DNA of 64,000 bases from the human T2T-CHM13v2.0 reference genome, Homo sapiens, in NCBI RefSeq assembly GCF_009914755.1, contig NC_060926.1; one strand, given 5' to 3'. Shown here one piece after another: positions 1 to 13,480 of the stretch. Position numbers and translations under genes: made by a program. The notes below the pieces were generated by a model. The model was not told the origin of the DNA. It saw only the letters and a list, made by a program, of their open reading frames with translations, and did not search any database. The first letter of the stretch is position 1, and each line of letters begins with the position of its first letter.

Positions 1-348
1 TCCTTGCGATAGTTTGCTGAGAATGAAGCTTTCCAGTTTCATCCATGTCCCTACAAAGGACATGAACTCATAATTTTTTATGGCTGCATAGTATTCCATG
101 GTGTATATGTGCCACATTTTCTTAATCCAGTCTATTGTTGTTGGACATTTAGGTTGGTTCCAAGTCTTTGTAATTGTGAATAGTGCCGCTGTAAACATAC
201 GTGTGCATGTGTCTTTATAGCAGCATGATTTATAATCCTTTGGGTATATACCCAGTAATGGGATGGCTGAGTCAAATGGTATTTCTAGTTCCAGATCTCT
301 GAGGAATCGCTACACTGACTTCCACAATGGTTGAACTAGTTTACAGTC
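1..348 (-). mobile_element. L1PA (about PA4-PA5) 3' fragment, ORF2 C-terminus; 5'-truncated at ~348, continues off the window
   Basis: Matches the reverse complement of the L1 ORF2 end (CATGTCCCTACAAAGGACATGAACTC...GGTTGAACTAGTTTACAGTC); colinear with 55021-55390 but with older-type bases (AGTTTGCTG, TTTATAATCC). Confidence 0.93.
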
Positions 349-466
349 AATAAAGGGACATTCTAAGTAGCATTACCGAAGAGCTGGTGTCTCAGCAGCT
401 GGCTGCAGAAGAAAGAACAGGAAGTGAGCTGGGAGCACTGGCTGCTTTCCCTTCTTTGAAACTCAC

Positions 467-632
467 AACCAAGAAGCAGTAAGATGTTTCCAAATCCTGA
501 CAATCACAACAAGACCTGACTCGCCATGATGGCAATGACATGTCTCATTCACTCTGCAGGTCTGTGACAGCTTTACTGTGCTGCTTTGCTCCTCTGGAGC
601 CACCCAAGGACAGGGTGTATATGACAAAATAC
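467..632 (-). other. Candidate internal exon (166 nt)
   Basis: Acceptor TTTTGACTTTTGTCCCCTAG|; donor GTT|GTGAGT; upstream consensus donor AAG|GTAAGT at 717/716. Confidence 0.35.
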
Positions 633-820
633 CTAGGGGACAAAAGTCAAAATGACTATTCCCCAAAAAGAGATTTCTAAAAATTAATTAAATCACTGCC
701 TTAACTCCCCACTTACCTTTCTCAGAATAGCTACAGCACAGAGTACCATTATTTAAGCAACCAAGACATTTCATAGTATTATTAGCCGCAATAAAACTTC
801 CAAATCTCACACAACCCATC

Positions 821-1206
821 TGTTATGGGCTGAACTATGTCCCCAAAATATTCATTTGCCGAAGTCCTAATGCCCAGTATTTCAGAATGTGACAATATAT
901 GTTGATAGGGTTTCTAAAAAGGTAATTAAGCTAAAACGAGCTCCTTCCTCAGGGTGGGATCTGATCCAATATACCTGGTGTCCTTACGAGGAGAATGGGG
1001 TGGTGGGAGAGTTATGCGAAGACACAGAAAGAAGACATCCATCTACACACCAAGGAGAGAGGCCTCAGAAGAAACCAGCCCTGCCAACACCTGGACCTCA
1101 GACTTCCAGCCTCCGGATCTGTGAAATTTAAAAAAAAGAAAAAAAAATCCTGTTGTTTCAGCCACCCAGTCGATGGCATTTTATTGTGGCAGCCCTAACA
1201 AACTAT
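821..1206 (+). mobile_element. MaLR solo LTR, MLT1B-like
   Basis: Starts TGTTATGGGCTGAA...GAAGTCCTAA...CAGAATGTGAC; contains GGACCTCAGACTTCCAGCCTCC; ends GGCAGCCCTAACAAACTA; possible 5-bp TSD CCATC/CCATT. Confidence 0.85.
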
Positions 1207-4200
1207 CCATTTGCATTTAGCCAACCATGATCTAATGGTGCAGGTGTTTTACATTTCTAGAGTTAGAAATCCTGTGTTATCCCATAGCAAATATATCTGA
1301 GAGCCTGACCCAGTTTCTGTGCCCACATAGACGTGAGTTAGGTGTTTTTTATTATCATCAAGTTAATATGCTCAAGATAGAAACCAATTATGCTCTTCTA
1401 CCCCACATCTCACTCCACCATCACCTTTCTTCTTGTTTTCAGCTTGAAAATTATTTTCTGGTGTCCTTTCCAAACAATTAAACTCTGTTTCCCTCTGCTA
1501 ATTATTTCTTTGTGATCAAAGACTCAAGTAAATTCAAATAAACTCTAAGTACATCAGTATCCATTAAATTTTCTCTAACTGAAAAGATCTTTAAGATGAA
1601 GTTCAGTTCCATCTCTTTAGTCTAACACCTGCAAACTAAAACTTAGATTAAACATTGTGCATAAACTATCGAACTACGTAAACTAAGCACATTGCTTCCA
1701 TTCTGATCCTCAACTTCTTGTTCTATTTGTCCTCAATAGTCAAAGAGTTGAGAAAAAAATGTCTTTCCTCCATTCCTCCAGAGGAGAGAAATTAATTTTC
1801 CAGTCATATAAGTGGACACAAGTTTATGGCTTTCTGATTTATGAGTCACAGATCAGAAAACAGACTAAAGATGTTATAAAGTTATTATTATAGCTGTTGT
1901 TTAGATGTCTAGAAAATGGCATTTAATTTTGTCATTCATCTACTTCCAGCAGGGAAAATCATAAATTATATTTATAATAAAATGATATTTACCTCAGTAG
2001 AGTTTATTAGACTGTCATTCAACAAATTTTGATCAGAAATTGCAATTAAATTACCTCCGATTGCAGTCAAGGGCAAGTAACATTTTCTCAGATTTCAGTA
2101 TCCTGGTGGCAGGTGTCTTCAACTCTTGACTATTCCATGGGTGTTAATGATGAACTAGATTAAATTATCGGTAACAGTTCTAAATTTGTTTTATCTTTCC
2201 TTGTTGAAGTAAAATCATCAACATATTTTTGTACTCAAATATGAAGCCCTGTGTCTCCTTGCTTACTTTATGGAATGTGGTATTTGTTATTAGCATGTTG
2301 TATTTTAAATACTTTGTTCAGCCTTTAGAATATTACAAAGAAAAGGGATGCCTATAACCCATTAAATAATCCATTTCTAGAAACATCACCATTGCATCAA
2401 AGAAATTTGCTACATTTGTTTGGATAAGTTCTAACTACAATGCAGTCATCTTTTCTGACAAGAAGTCAGAAAGCATTGATAGTTATAAGCATTGATAGTT
2501 ATAAAACAAAAGCAGACAGTGAGAAGTCTACGGTGTACTAAGGGAATAATTTTTTCTTTGTGTGTTTTTGTTTATTACTGACCATGGAATAAACGATTCA
2601 ATCTTTCTCCACACTGTTGCAGAGTTAATACATACTTATTCTCAGAAAGATAAATCTGTACCTTGTTTAGCTCTAGGTTTAATATATCTGTTGAGAATTA
2701 AAAATGTGTTGGCACTCTTTGGGGAGAAACAAAGAAAGAGTGTTTACCGTGACATTTAGCTTCATATTTCCTTTTGCCAGTTGCCAACCAGGTCATTCTC
2801 TTACTGCATCGCCTGGCTAGGATTGAAAGCTTTGTATAAGTACCCCTTGCCTAAGTTAACAGCTCTTACCCTTCCTTTTTTCCCAGCATTTTTTTTAATG
2901 CATATCAATCAAGATTCTTCTTGTCACTGGCTGCTTTCTGGCAGGAGCTACTGCCATATGGTTCCACTTCAATTTGTAAAGGGTAGTTTGAAAGTTCATA
3001 AAGTCCTGAAGTCTTCAGAAAGAAAAAGAAGTTGTTAGAATTTTTACTACTATCTTGCACAGCAGCTGCCTCAGTTGAGGAAATTTGTGACTGCAATAGC
3101 TTCTACTGTGTTGAAAGGAACCCATAAATGGGTCTTAACTTTACATGATGCCAGACATAGCAGCAATCAAAATTGTGGTAGTCTGTTATCAATACAGCAA
3201 GTGTATCACCAAAATTATATCTAAGTTGAAGATAAGCCATTATCTTCATGACCTTAGGAAAATCACTGTTCCTCCATAAACCTCTATGTTTTAATTTCTT
3301 TAAAGTTAATTTCCAGCACAGGATGCTAAAATTCTAAGACCTATAGGAGAATTTTAAATTTCTTCATATAAACATCAACTGTGGTATTTTAATTCTGGAA
3401 TCTATCTTCTTTTTACTTGGAAGGTAGGAGGTGCAAGTAGATCTGATCAAAATTAGTCACTGCCTGGGAACAAAGAAAGGGCCAGATGTGTAGCAGGGTC
3501 TGCCCTGCCAGAGCTCTTAAACTGAGAATTTATAACCAAAGGCAATCCTTAGAATGGCTCAATGCACATAGCATATGCATAAGGATATAACCAAAATTTA
3601 CCAAGCATTCAAATTAAGCATATACAACTCATTACAAATCTCTTATACAACCATATGTACAAATAAACTATGTATACGTGAGTTTCATCTAGATTAACCA
3701 TACTTCCCCCAACTCGGAATTAGAAACAGAGTTGATACAGGTCTTTGTTCAGTTCCCAGCTAAGCTCACAGGAGTCTAGCTCAGTTGAATGTCAGGTTCA
3801 GTCACCGCACACTTTATACTTAAGACACAAGCAAAATGTTTCTTTCATCAAGCCATATAACAAATATGTGAGTAAAAAGAATTACAAACAGCAATATAGT
3901 GAACATGACCTATCATTCATAAAAATGTTTGGCATTTGAGACATGCACAATACTTATATTTGGAAAACACGGAAAATTCTCATAAACCCAAATTACAGAA
4001 TCATTTAGAACGGCCTGAACTTTGGTGGGCTACAGCTAAAGCTTTGCATTTTGTAACACCCTTTCTAACTCTGGCTTTCCTTTCAATGCTTTCTATATTC
4101 TTCAGTTCTCATCCACAATGGAAAATGCTATTTAATTCCTTTTCAGGAAACCAAGATGTTGCCATTGGTATAAAAAGCTTATCAAAAAAGATAATTTATC

Positions 4201-4319
4201 CAGGAAATAAATTTTTGGTTACAAGCATTTCCTAATTTTTGGGAACAGTGCCTTCTAATCAGTTATTATTAGAATATTACCAGTTATTATTGAATATTAG
4301 GAATTAGTATAACCTGTGC

Positions 4320-4767
4320 TGGGGGCACAGCTCACCTTGGAAGTCACCTGCAGCTTGCTAGGTACTTCCTGAACATACTAGTGGCTTCTTACCCCAAACA
4401 CTTGTGTCCTTCTGGGAGAGAGCTTTATCTGATCAAAGGAGAGTACACAAGGCAGACTAGATATGTCCAGTTAACACCTACTTAGTGCAAACCTCAAACC
4501 ATGAAGAATGGTTGGTAGATAACTACCACAACCTTCACATCTCATTACCTGAATGATCTGCAGTCTCTCAGAGGGACCCCCAAGGATTGAATCTCTTTCC
4601 CACAGTAGTACCCCAATCATGAACACACTCTTTTTTTTGAATTTCCTCTCTTCCCTGGCTCCCTTCCTAACTCCCTCCCTGTGCTTCCTGAAATCATCTT
4701 CCTAATTAACTTTTTGTGCCCAAATACTTGTTTCTGATCTGCCTTGGGGGTAACTCAAGATAAGCAA
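4320..4767 (+). mobile_element. Old ERVL LTR, LTR16-like; 5' boundary uncertain
   Basis: 3' end TGCTTCCTGAAATCATCTTCCTAATTAAC...CAAATACTTGTTTCTGATCTGCCTTGGGGGTAACTCAAGATAAGCA resembles the LTR16 terminus. Confidence 0.6.
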
Positions 4768-5408
4768 AGATAAACCTCTAATTGATTATGAACTTATTGA
4801 AAGTCAATCTGAGAGACAGAAGGAAAAGAAAAGATCTGTTCTAGAAATCCAGCTGCTGAATCAAGACAGGTGAAACTGACCATTGGCGGTAAATGTTTAG
4901 GAATGAGCCTGGTCAAGAACACAGATGACAGCACCAATAAGTGAAAGAGATGGACCTTCCTATCACTTAGTCAGGTGATTGAGGACCAAGACTGAGAGAT
5001 TAGAAGTAATTGTGGGAGAAGATGGATCAACTAACTGTTAAGAGGGCCAGTTCTGAGCAGATGGCCCAGGCAGAACAATGCTGGAGGCAGGAGCTAATTG
5101 AGGCTGATGAATTAACAGACAGGCTTTAAGTCTACATGTCAGAAACTAAAGATACTTCCAAGTAATGACAGTGGAGACTCTGCTGAAAATGGAGCCATGA
5201 AACTGATTTCCCCCAGGAAGTCAAGTTGCACCAGAGAAACTTCGTGTCTCATTTTGCTTTTGTCAACAAGATGAAGCCCAGGTTCATGAGTATCTCCCTA
5301 CTCAATAGGGCATGTTACTTCCAGGCCTGAGTAGACCAAGAATCTAGGTCTTCTGATTTACTGAGTCAAGCATGCTGTTAACTTACCTGAACACCTGGTG
5401 CTTTAAAA

Positions 5409-5413
<5 letters not shown>

Positions 5414-5441
<28 letters not shown>
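5414..5441. repeat. (CA)n microsatellite
   Basis: Direct reading. Confidence 0.95.
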
Positions 5442-7161
5442 CAGTCATATCTTAGGTACCTAGGCACATATCAGATGATTGAATGAAATTAGATAAATTA
5501 AAATAATAAAATAAAATTAAAAAGTACAAGACCACAAGTCTTCTTTTTCAAATCTACTTGTTCACATTTTTAAAATTTAGTTTTTGCGCTGAAAAACTAT
5601 TTTTACGTTTCTGTTATTGTTCAGTTTAAAAGCTAATAAAATAAAGATCCTAATTCCACAAGGGTGGAATCAACACATCAACTCTGCCAATTACATCATG
5701 GGTTTATTCCATCTTCCCAAGGCTTGCATTCTTTCTATTGAGTTTGATGTGCCAGGTCCCAAAATTGGGAATTGCATCAAGACAAATATTTTTAAAATAA
5801 AGTAAGTATTGTTGGTTTCAAATATGATTGTCTCAAATATAAACAACTACACAAATTTGAAACATGTTGGATGAAATGGTAGAAGGAAAACAGAGGAAGA
5901 GCCGAAGTAAAAATAGAAGTGATATACATGAGGGCATAGTGTACGAAGCAGAGGGTTTATTCTAGAATTATATGAAGCCAGTGAAAAAGAGATCATTTGG
6001 AACATAGTATTGTGCAATTCTAGTCAATGTAAGAGGCAATCAAAATGTTTCAAGGGGGCTGAAATGTTTGAAACATGAGGACAAGTATTGGCCCATTCAA
6101 TACCTTAGAGAAAAGAAAACTATGGGAAAATTTTTTTCTGAGAGTATATGCCTGAGCCAAATTCTTCACTCACATACTTATACATGGGACCTAATTCTGC
6201 ACTTGGATATTTGTGGCAACTCTGCATTCTGCAGTCTTGGTGCTTGTGTGAAACAGGAGTTAAGCATATGGCAAACTTCAGCTTTCATGGAAATGTAGCT
6301 TCTGTTAGCATTAAACTGCTCATTAGTATGCAGTGGAACTTTTTAAAAGGAAAACAACAATAGCGACTATAAGCCATTTGTAAGCTATTTTAAAAGTTGG
6401 AATTCAAAATAAGATGAACAACATAAACCGAATATGGACAGGATTCCCCCAACAATCCATTTATCAAGTCTTTCTAGTAGAGCAGATAATATAGGCAGCC
6501 CAGTTTAACCTAAGAAAGTATAAATCCAGCTTAGCCTCCTGTGATACATTTCTGAGAGGCACACCAGAGACACATGGGAAGAGACCTAATGACTCATGAT
6601 TTTATAACATCAGCCATCTTGCAGGGGGAGGGAGTTTCTGTCTGGGTAGGTGGTGTTCTCAGCCTCCCTGCACCTCCCAGGTAGCAAATGCTCTCCAACC
6701 ATTAGGAAAACAGCTTGCTCTTCTGCTGCAAATCATGGTTCTTCCTTATGTTTACATGGCTGCATTCTTCAAACTACAGTACAGGAAAACAAGCTCTAGC
6801 TTTAATATTCAAAAGGCTTTGCAAAGAAAGGAAATCATTTCCATGAACAAAATGGCACTGTGTTTTCAATATTCCAACTTCTTAAATGGGTGGATGCGGT
6901 GTTTCAGGCTACTGCACACCCATAATCTCCTTCCTCTTCTTCATGTGTTTTGGTGTACTTGACATTAACCTATAAAAACACATGTATCTGCTTGTGGGAG
7001 TTCCTTGGATCTTCCAGGCCTGTTCTTCCTTGGCAAAAATTTGATTTGACAACTATGGAGTATGCACAAGTGCTGAGCGGAAAAGCTTAGAAGAGAAAAG
7101 CAATTAGCTTTAGCCCAAGTTCATTTGGGGTTGTATGGGACATAGTTATAAAAGACAAGAT

Positions 7162-7373
7162 GGGAGGGAAACAACACTCACTGGAGCCTGTCGGGGGAGC
7201 TGGGAGGAGAGCATAGGAAAAAGAGTTAGTGCATGCTGGGTTTAATACCCAGGTGAAGGGTTGATAGGTGCAGCAAACCACCGTGGCACATCTTTACCTA
7301 TGTAACAAACCTGCACATCCTGCATATGTACCCCAGCACTTAAAAGAAAAAAAAAATTAAATAATTGTTTTAA
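7162..7373 (+). mobile_element. 5'-truncated L1PA (about PA8-PA13) 3' end
   Basis: GGTTGATAGGTGCAGCAAACCACC...GTAACAAACCTGCACATCCTGCATATGTACCCC plus A tail; TSD AAAAGACAAGATG at ~7150 and ~7374. Confidence 0.9.
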
Positions 7374-8769
7374 AAAAGACAAGATGTTAAAAAGGGAGAA
7401 ATCCACCCCTAAACTTAAAATAAAAGTTAAAAAAAATTAAAAATATATAAATAAAAAAGGAGAGAGAAGCCAGTGGACTTACAATGAGAGCTAAGGAAAC
7501 AATTGAAATAGATTAAGGATCGAGGTCTTCACTTATCTTTGTTTTTTTATTTGTTTGTTGGTTTTTAACAACAAATCATAAGAACATGGGACATGATGTC
7601 ATTTAACAGAAAAAAACCCCATACAGAGTGCAGCATAGGAATCACTTTATTTGGCTGAGACATTGCCTGACTGTACAAGGACAGAATTGCAATCAGAACA
7701 GAATTCCAGCTCACTTGAGATGCTTGCAGGAGAGTAGACAGGGAAAGATAATTGCCTGTTGGAGGACAGTAAATAGCACCCCCTTAATTTCAGAAACTAA
7801 AGAAGGAAAGCATATATACTAAGAATACGGTCAACAAAGCCCCATAGCCAGGGGAAAAAAACTACTGAAGGAGTGCTAAGCTGCTACACAAGCCACAGCA
7901 AAGCTAGATTATTTACTCAAGAGAAAGAGCTGAAGAAGGTACACAGAAACAGCAGTGGGAACAAAGAAACTCAGTCATTTAACATGCCAAGAGAAATAAG
8001 TGGTAGCAACAACATTTTAAAACTCTAATTTACGGGGCAAAGAAGAAAATGATTAGTCTCAGCCAAGGAAAATAATAGCTTCCCATATCTTTAGCGAACG
8101 AATTTTTGCATTCTTAAATACATGTCTGTGGTCTGTGATTCCCAAGTCATTTTGTGAGCATGAAAACTGACCTCCTTAAACTTCTCACTAAGCCATTTTT
8201 CTCCCACTGAAATGTGGATGAGGTATTTACTATCCTGACCCAGCAGGTGCTCTCCATAACACAAGAACATCATCATTTACTGTGAGAAACTTAAAAGTCT
8301 CTGAGAGCTCAGTGGGCATTTTCCTTATTGCAAATAAGCCTCTCCTGTAGATTCCTAGGAGGGGAAAAAGCATAAGAAAGGGAGTGAATGTTTGTCTGTT
8401 CTTTGACCTTAATCATAACAGATGAAAACCTGGAAATAAAATGAGAGCCCCAAAGGGTATATTTCAATATTGCCTAAAGAGTTTCATTTCAGCTACTAAT
8501 ATTTAAAAAGGACTCTGCAAATTTGATTAAATGTTAGCAAGTTTCAATGCTGGATGGTGGAAACACAGATGTTTATGTAAATTATTATTTTTCTTATTTT
8601 TCTAAATACTTAAATTTCTTTAAAGAAAAATTTAAAAAATATAAAGTGAGATTAGTAAGAGATGGTACGGTGCTAAGTTTAACAAAAGCATGTTTGTGTT
8701 GCATATTATCTAGAATTACAAAATGTAGACAAGAAAGGCATCAAATTTCAGACTTACCTGTTGTGTAAT

Positions 8770-8935
8770 ACCAGAGTGTTCCAATCCTAGCTGCAAATTA
8801 CCATCACGTCGGGCAGTTTTTACAAAATACTGGTCTTGTTTAAGGCTCACCCCTGGCCAATTAAAAGTGACAGTTGATAAGTACAGGTCCCAGGCATCTG
8901 TGTTTTGTAGAAGCTTCTCTGATGGTTCCAGTGTT
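8770..8935. mobile_element. MER5-like hAT DNA transposon relic
   Basis: CCCAGGCATCTGTGTTTTGTAGAAGCTTCTCTGATGGTTCC-type MER5 motifs, diverged. Confidence 0.5.
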
Positions 8936-9004
8936 TATGTCCAAGACGTACCTCTTGAAATATTGTTCTCTGCTAACATGGCATAAAATCAGAGGACAGG
9001 TGTC

Positions 9005-9140
9005 AACAGAAAGAGCACTGGAGCATAAACCAGGAGACCCAAAGTTCTAGACCCAATTTTATTACAAACTGAGCAACTTTACACAATCCATTTAACCTTT
9101 TTAGAATCCACTTTTCTTTTCTGGAAAATGAAAGCAATGT
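9005..9140 (+). mobile_element. MIR fragment
   Basis: GAAAGAGCACTGGA...CAGGAGACCCAAAGTTCTAGACCC...TTTAACCTTT...CTGGAAAATG MIR core. Confidence 0.6.
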
Positions 9141-11719
9141 AGTAAACAAATTTTTAAAAGTCGGTTGTTGTTTCCAAAATTTTATTAAAAATGAAAAGAA
9201 GGAAACAACTCAGCATGGGTGAATTAACAAGCAGTTTTTTCTACAAGTAGCATTTTCAGTAGAATAATAGAGTATGCACTCCTAATTGCAGTTAACTTAT
9301 ATTTGGCTTGCTTCATTTATCAAAGATTCCTACACGTGGCTAATGCAGGAGGATCCTTTTAAACTCACTGTTGAAAGAGGGGATTCCATCTCTTTATTAT
9401 CATGAACCAGTGGGTTACATCAGCCATGGATAAAGATGCCCAGCTGTGCTTAGCGGAATTGCTTGCCCTCTGTTAGATAAAGACGGATCTTGCATTTTCA
9501 AATGAAAATAGTACAGGGAGAGCCATATAAAAGGGATACTTTTATAAAGTAGTTACTGTCCCAGCAAATGATCTTAGGGAAACACTAAGGCCTTTGGATT
9601 TAGCCTTTGACAAACCACCTCCTCCACCTCCCTCACCTCCCAACCTTCTTTCTCCACCCTAAATCTGCATGGAAATGACCAGCTCATCCATATGTGCCCC
9701 GTGTGTACCTTAAAATCACGCGGGTAAAGCAGCCTGTGGCAAATTGGTCAGCTGCATTGGATAAAAAGGAAAATGCTCTAATTCACTCATTTTTTAAAAG
9801 AAGACTAGATGTCATAAGAGGAGCTGTTCTGTGGGTGATTAACTCAAAGGAAAAATATCACCTGAAGATATAAATATATATATATGTATATATAAATCAA
9901 ATTATAGTGTCCTGTGACATAATTTGGACAAATGAATTGGCAGCAAGGGGTTGACAAAGAGCAAGAGGGGCCCTGAGAACTAGAACTAGACAATGGAGGT
10001 AGGAGAAGGCACACGGCCAGGCCAACAACATGGTTTCTGAAGTAGATGATTGTAGATAACCAGTCTACTACCAAACCCAGCTGGGATCGGAAATAATTAT
10101 TCCTTCAGTTCTGCAAAATCAAAGAAAGACTCTTGTTCTCCTAGTCCTAGAGAACTGGGAAGAGCATCACAAACAAGATTTGGGCACAAGGAAATGTAAC
10201 AGGAACTCAGATGCATGTCCCAGAACTACCTAGTAGGACTCAAAAATACAACAGAGAGCATCCCCACTACAAGCCCAGCATCGCAAAGGTAGAGCAGAAC
10301 TAGCAGCAAGAATGACCACTTGCTGATTCACTTGGGTACAACCACAAAGTTGCCCTCTGACTAACACAAGTACTGGAGCCTAGGACTAAGCTGGCAGTTT
10401 TGGCTAAGAAGCCTTTCCCACAGAAATAGGAAAATAGCAGGGCAGCCAACCAACCAGGATAGTACAAAACCCTACTTACACCTTTAGTGATTTTTCCTGT
10501 TTTGAGAACAAGGCAGAAAAATTTAAATTGAGTCAATATATGGCAGAAGTAACTATCATTTCATGCTGTAAGAGTGTGTCATTTAACGGATATTGAACCA
10601 AAGTAATATATTTAGAGAACATAAAAAAGCCAAAGGATTAGAAGGAATGAAAGATACAGAAAGCCACAGGAAAAGAGACAATACTGGAGGAAAAAGAGAA
10701 AGAGCAGGAAAGAGAGGGGCCAACAAGTCCCATTTATGCAATTCACGTCCCTGAGACACGACTCTCCCACTTCACAATTTGCTCCTCTGACTTCTGTTTT
10801 AATGCCTTTCTTTCTACCTTCCTTGCTGAATGAATAAAACAAGATCTCTTTGGTATAGACCTACTGGAATTTCTCTCCTTGTTAAACCTTTTCCACTACA
10901 TTGCCAGTCAGGAATTCCCATCTATATCTCTAAAACTTGTTTCTACCCTTTAGGGCCACTGGTCCTTCTCCTTCACCCCTCCCCTGCTCCCTCCAGCCAG
11001 TTGTAACCCTTTAATCTATTTGGCTACTGCAGGATTTATGCATCCCCTAGGCTTTTTCCAGCTTCAGGGCTCCTAGAAGGTCTAAGCTCATCTTTGCAGC
11101 CCTGACAGTGGCCACTGCTCTATCACAGCCACCTTGAAAGATGTCTCTGCTGCTGACAATGCACCCCACTCTTTGGAGAAAGGGTTGTGGGAATGCCTGT
11201 AACTCAAACAAGATATAGGAAGGACACTTCCTCTACCTACCACTTAAAAACAGCCTGCTGCCAACTGTGCATTTCCATCACTCAGTTACATAGGACACAT
11301 TTTGCAGTACATTTCTGCCTTTCACATTGGTAAGGACTGCAACCATTCTGGCTTTGAGAGAGCAAAGTCATGTTGCTTTCAACAGTAAGATTTGTTGTGG
11401 AAACTCTGCTTAAGCTCTCAACGAAAGGTGAAAAAGAGACGGAGCAAGGACTCTTCTACCCCAACCAGATGCAACCTCTCCTCAGCTATCACTGTAAGGA
11501 TGTATATGTAAACCTGATGGGAGTTGAGGGTGGATGGTTCTTCTGTGACACCTGTTCTTTATAATAGCTTACATAGCCTTTCTCTTTGGTTCAGCACCCT
11601 AGCATGTCTCACCAATTCTTTCATCAACCCCAGAATCAATTACAGAAAGATAATTGAATCTCCATATTTCTTTATTATTTACATCGATGTTAACATAATG
11701 TAGTGACTTTTAGTAGTAA

Positions 11720-12069
<350 letters not shown>

Positions 12070-12739
12070 TATATTAATTCTTATGGGAAGAAAATCCAAG
12101 TGCATAAGTCTACTCACTATAAGCTATATTTTCCTGGAATGTGAACTGGGGGTATGACAAAGACCCCTTCACCCTGAATAATGGTGCTGTCCTTCCTTTC
12201 TGCTTCTCTGTGAACAAGCCATTCTTCCTCAAGAGAACTCTGTGAAAATTTCCTCAAGTCTAGATGGCATCTTTCCTGACCGCTGCTTAGTAAAGATTAA
12301 GCATGTTAACCTTTAAGCTCAAGTCTTTTCTCCCCAGAACGGAGGAGTACTCTTTCATAGAAGAGAAGAAGCATCCCTTCCTTACCAAAGGAAGTCTTGG
12401 GCATCAGCATGCCCAAGAGCAGGTGAGTATTTTCATTGTGCATCTCCCTGGTTGTTTACCTCTAGAACTTTATCTTACAAAAATGAAATAAAATTGGCAT
12501 TTCCAAGGACACTTCATTTTAGAAAAAATGAAGAGTCCAGATAGAATTGAACTGCCTTTAAATTCAGTTTTAAATTTCTTAGCTCTAAAAACTTTCTAGC
12601 ATTTCATAAGATTCAGAAGACATACAGAAAAAAATTAAAACATCAGAAAAATAAATATGTATGTGTGTGTAGGTATGTACATAAATAGAGAGTACAAAGA
12701 TAAATGATAAACAGAGACAGACAAGATTTCTAATCATAT

Positions 12740-13480
12740 ACATAGGCCTTTAACAAATCAATAAGAAAAGAATGAATAGCCCAATAGAAAAATGAGCAAA
12801 TACTATCAGTGGGTAGTTCACAGAAAACGAAATACAAAGAGCTAATAAATAAATGAAAAGATGCTCAGTTTTACACATAATTAAATGCATGCAAATCAGA
12901 ACAATGAGATTATTTTGCTTTTTCAATTATATAATAATTTGTTTTAAATATTGAAAAGTTTAATTAAAATGTGATGTGTCTAAATGGTGTTGCAGAAGCA
13001 GGTTTTTTCATTGACTGTTGAACATGTAAAATGGAAGCAACATTTTTGGAAGCTAATTTGGCAAAATCATTCAAAATTTTAAATATACAATTATTTTGCC
13101 CAACAAATACAATGGATATGGTCTTCTAAATAGGCAGATGTATATACAACAAAAACTAGAAACATTATTAATTCATATCAAGAAATTATGATACCTCCAT
13201 ATAGTAGACTATTGTACAGCTGTTAAAGAGACGAACTAAATTTTGTATGTTGTTTTGGAACAATCTTCTAGATTGGGGAGAGAAAAGCAAGGCATGAGAG
13301 ATATTTATTTTATAATCCCATTTGTGGAAATGAAGAAAAGAATAAGTATAGAGAAAAATATAGATACATACATAGATATAATTATAGATATTCACATGTG
13401 TTTTCATAAGCCTTTTCTGCAAGGATAGGCAAGAAACAGTTAAAGTTACAGGGCTCTTTCCACTTAAGCCACTGGATTTT
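12740..13480 (+). mobile_element. Old L1M (L1ME-like) 3' fragment
   Basis: Degenerate ORF2-end motifs: AATAGCCCAATAGAAAAATGAGCAAA, ATGAAAAGATGCTCA, ATGCAAATCAGAACAATGAGAT. Confidence 0.6.
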
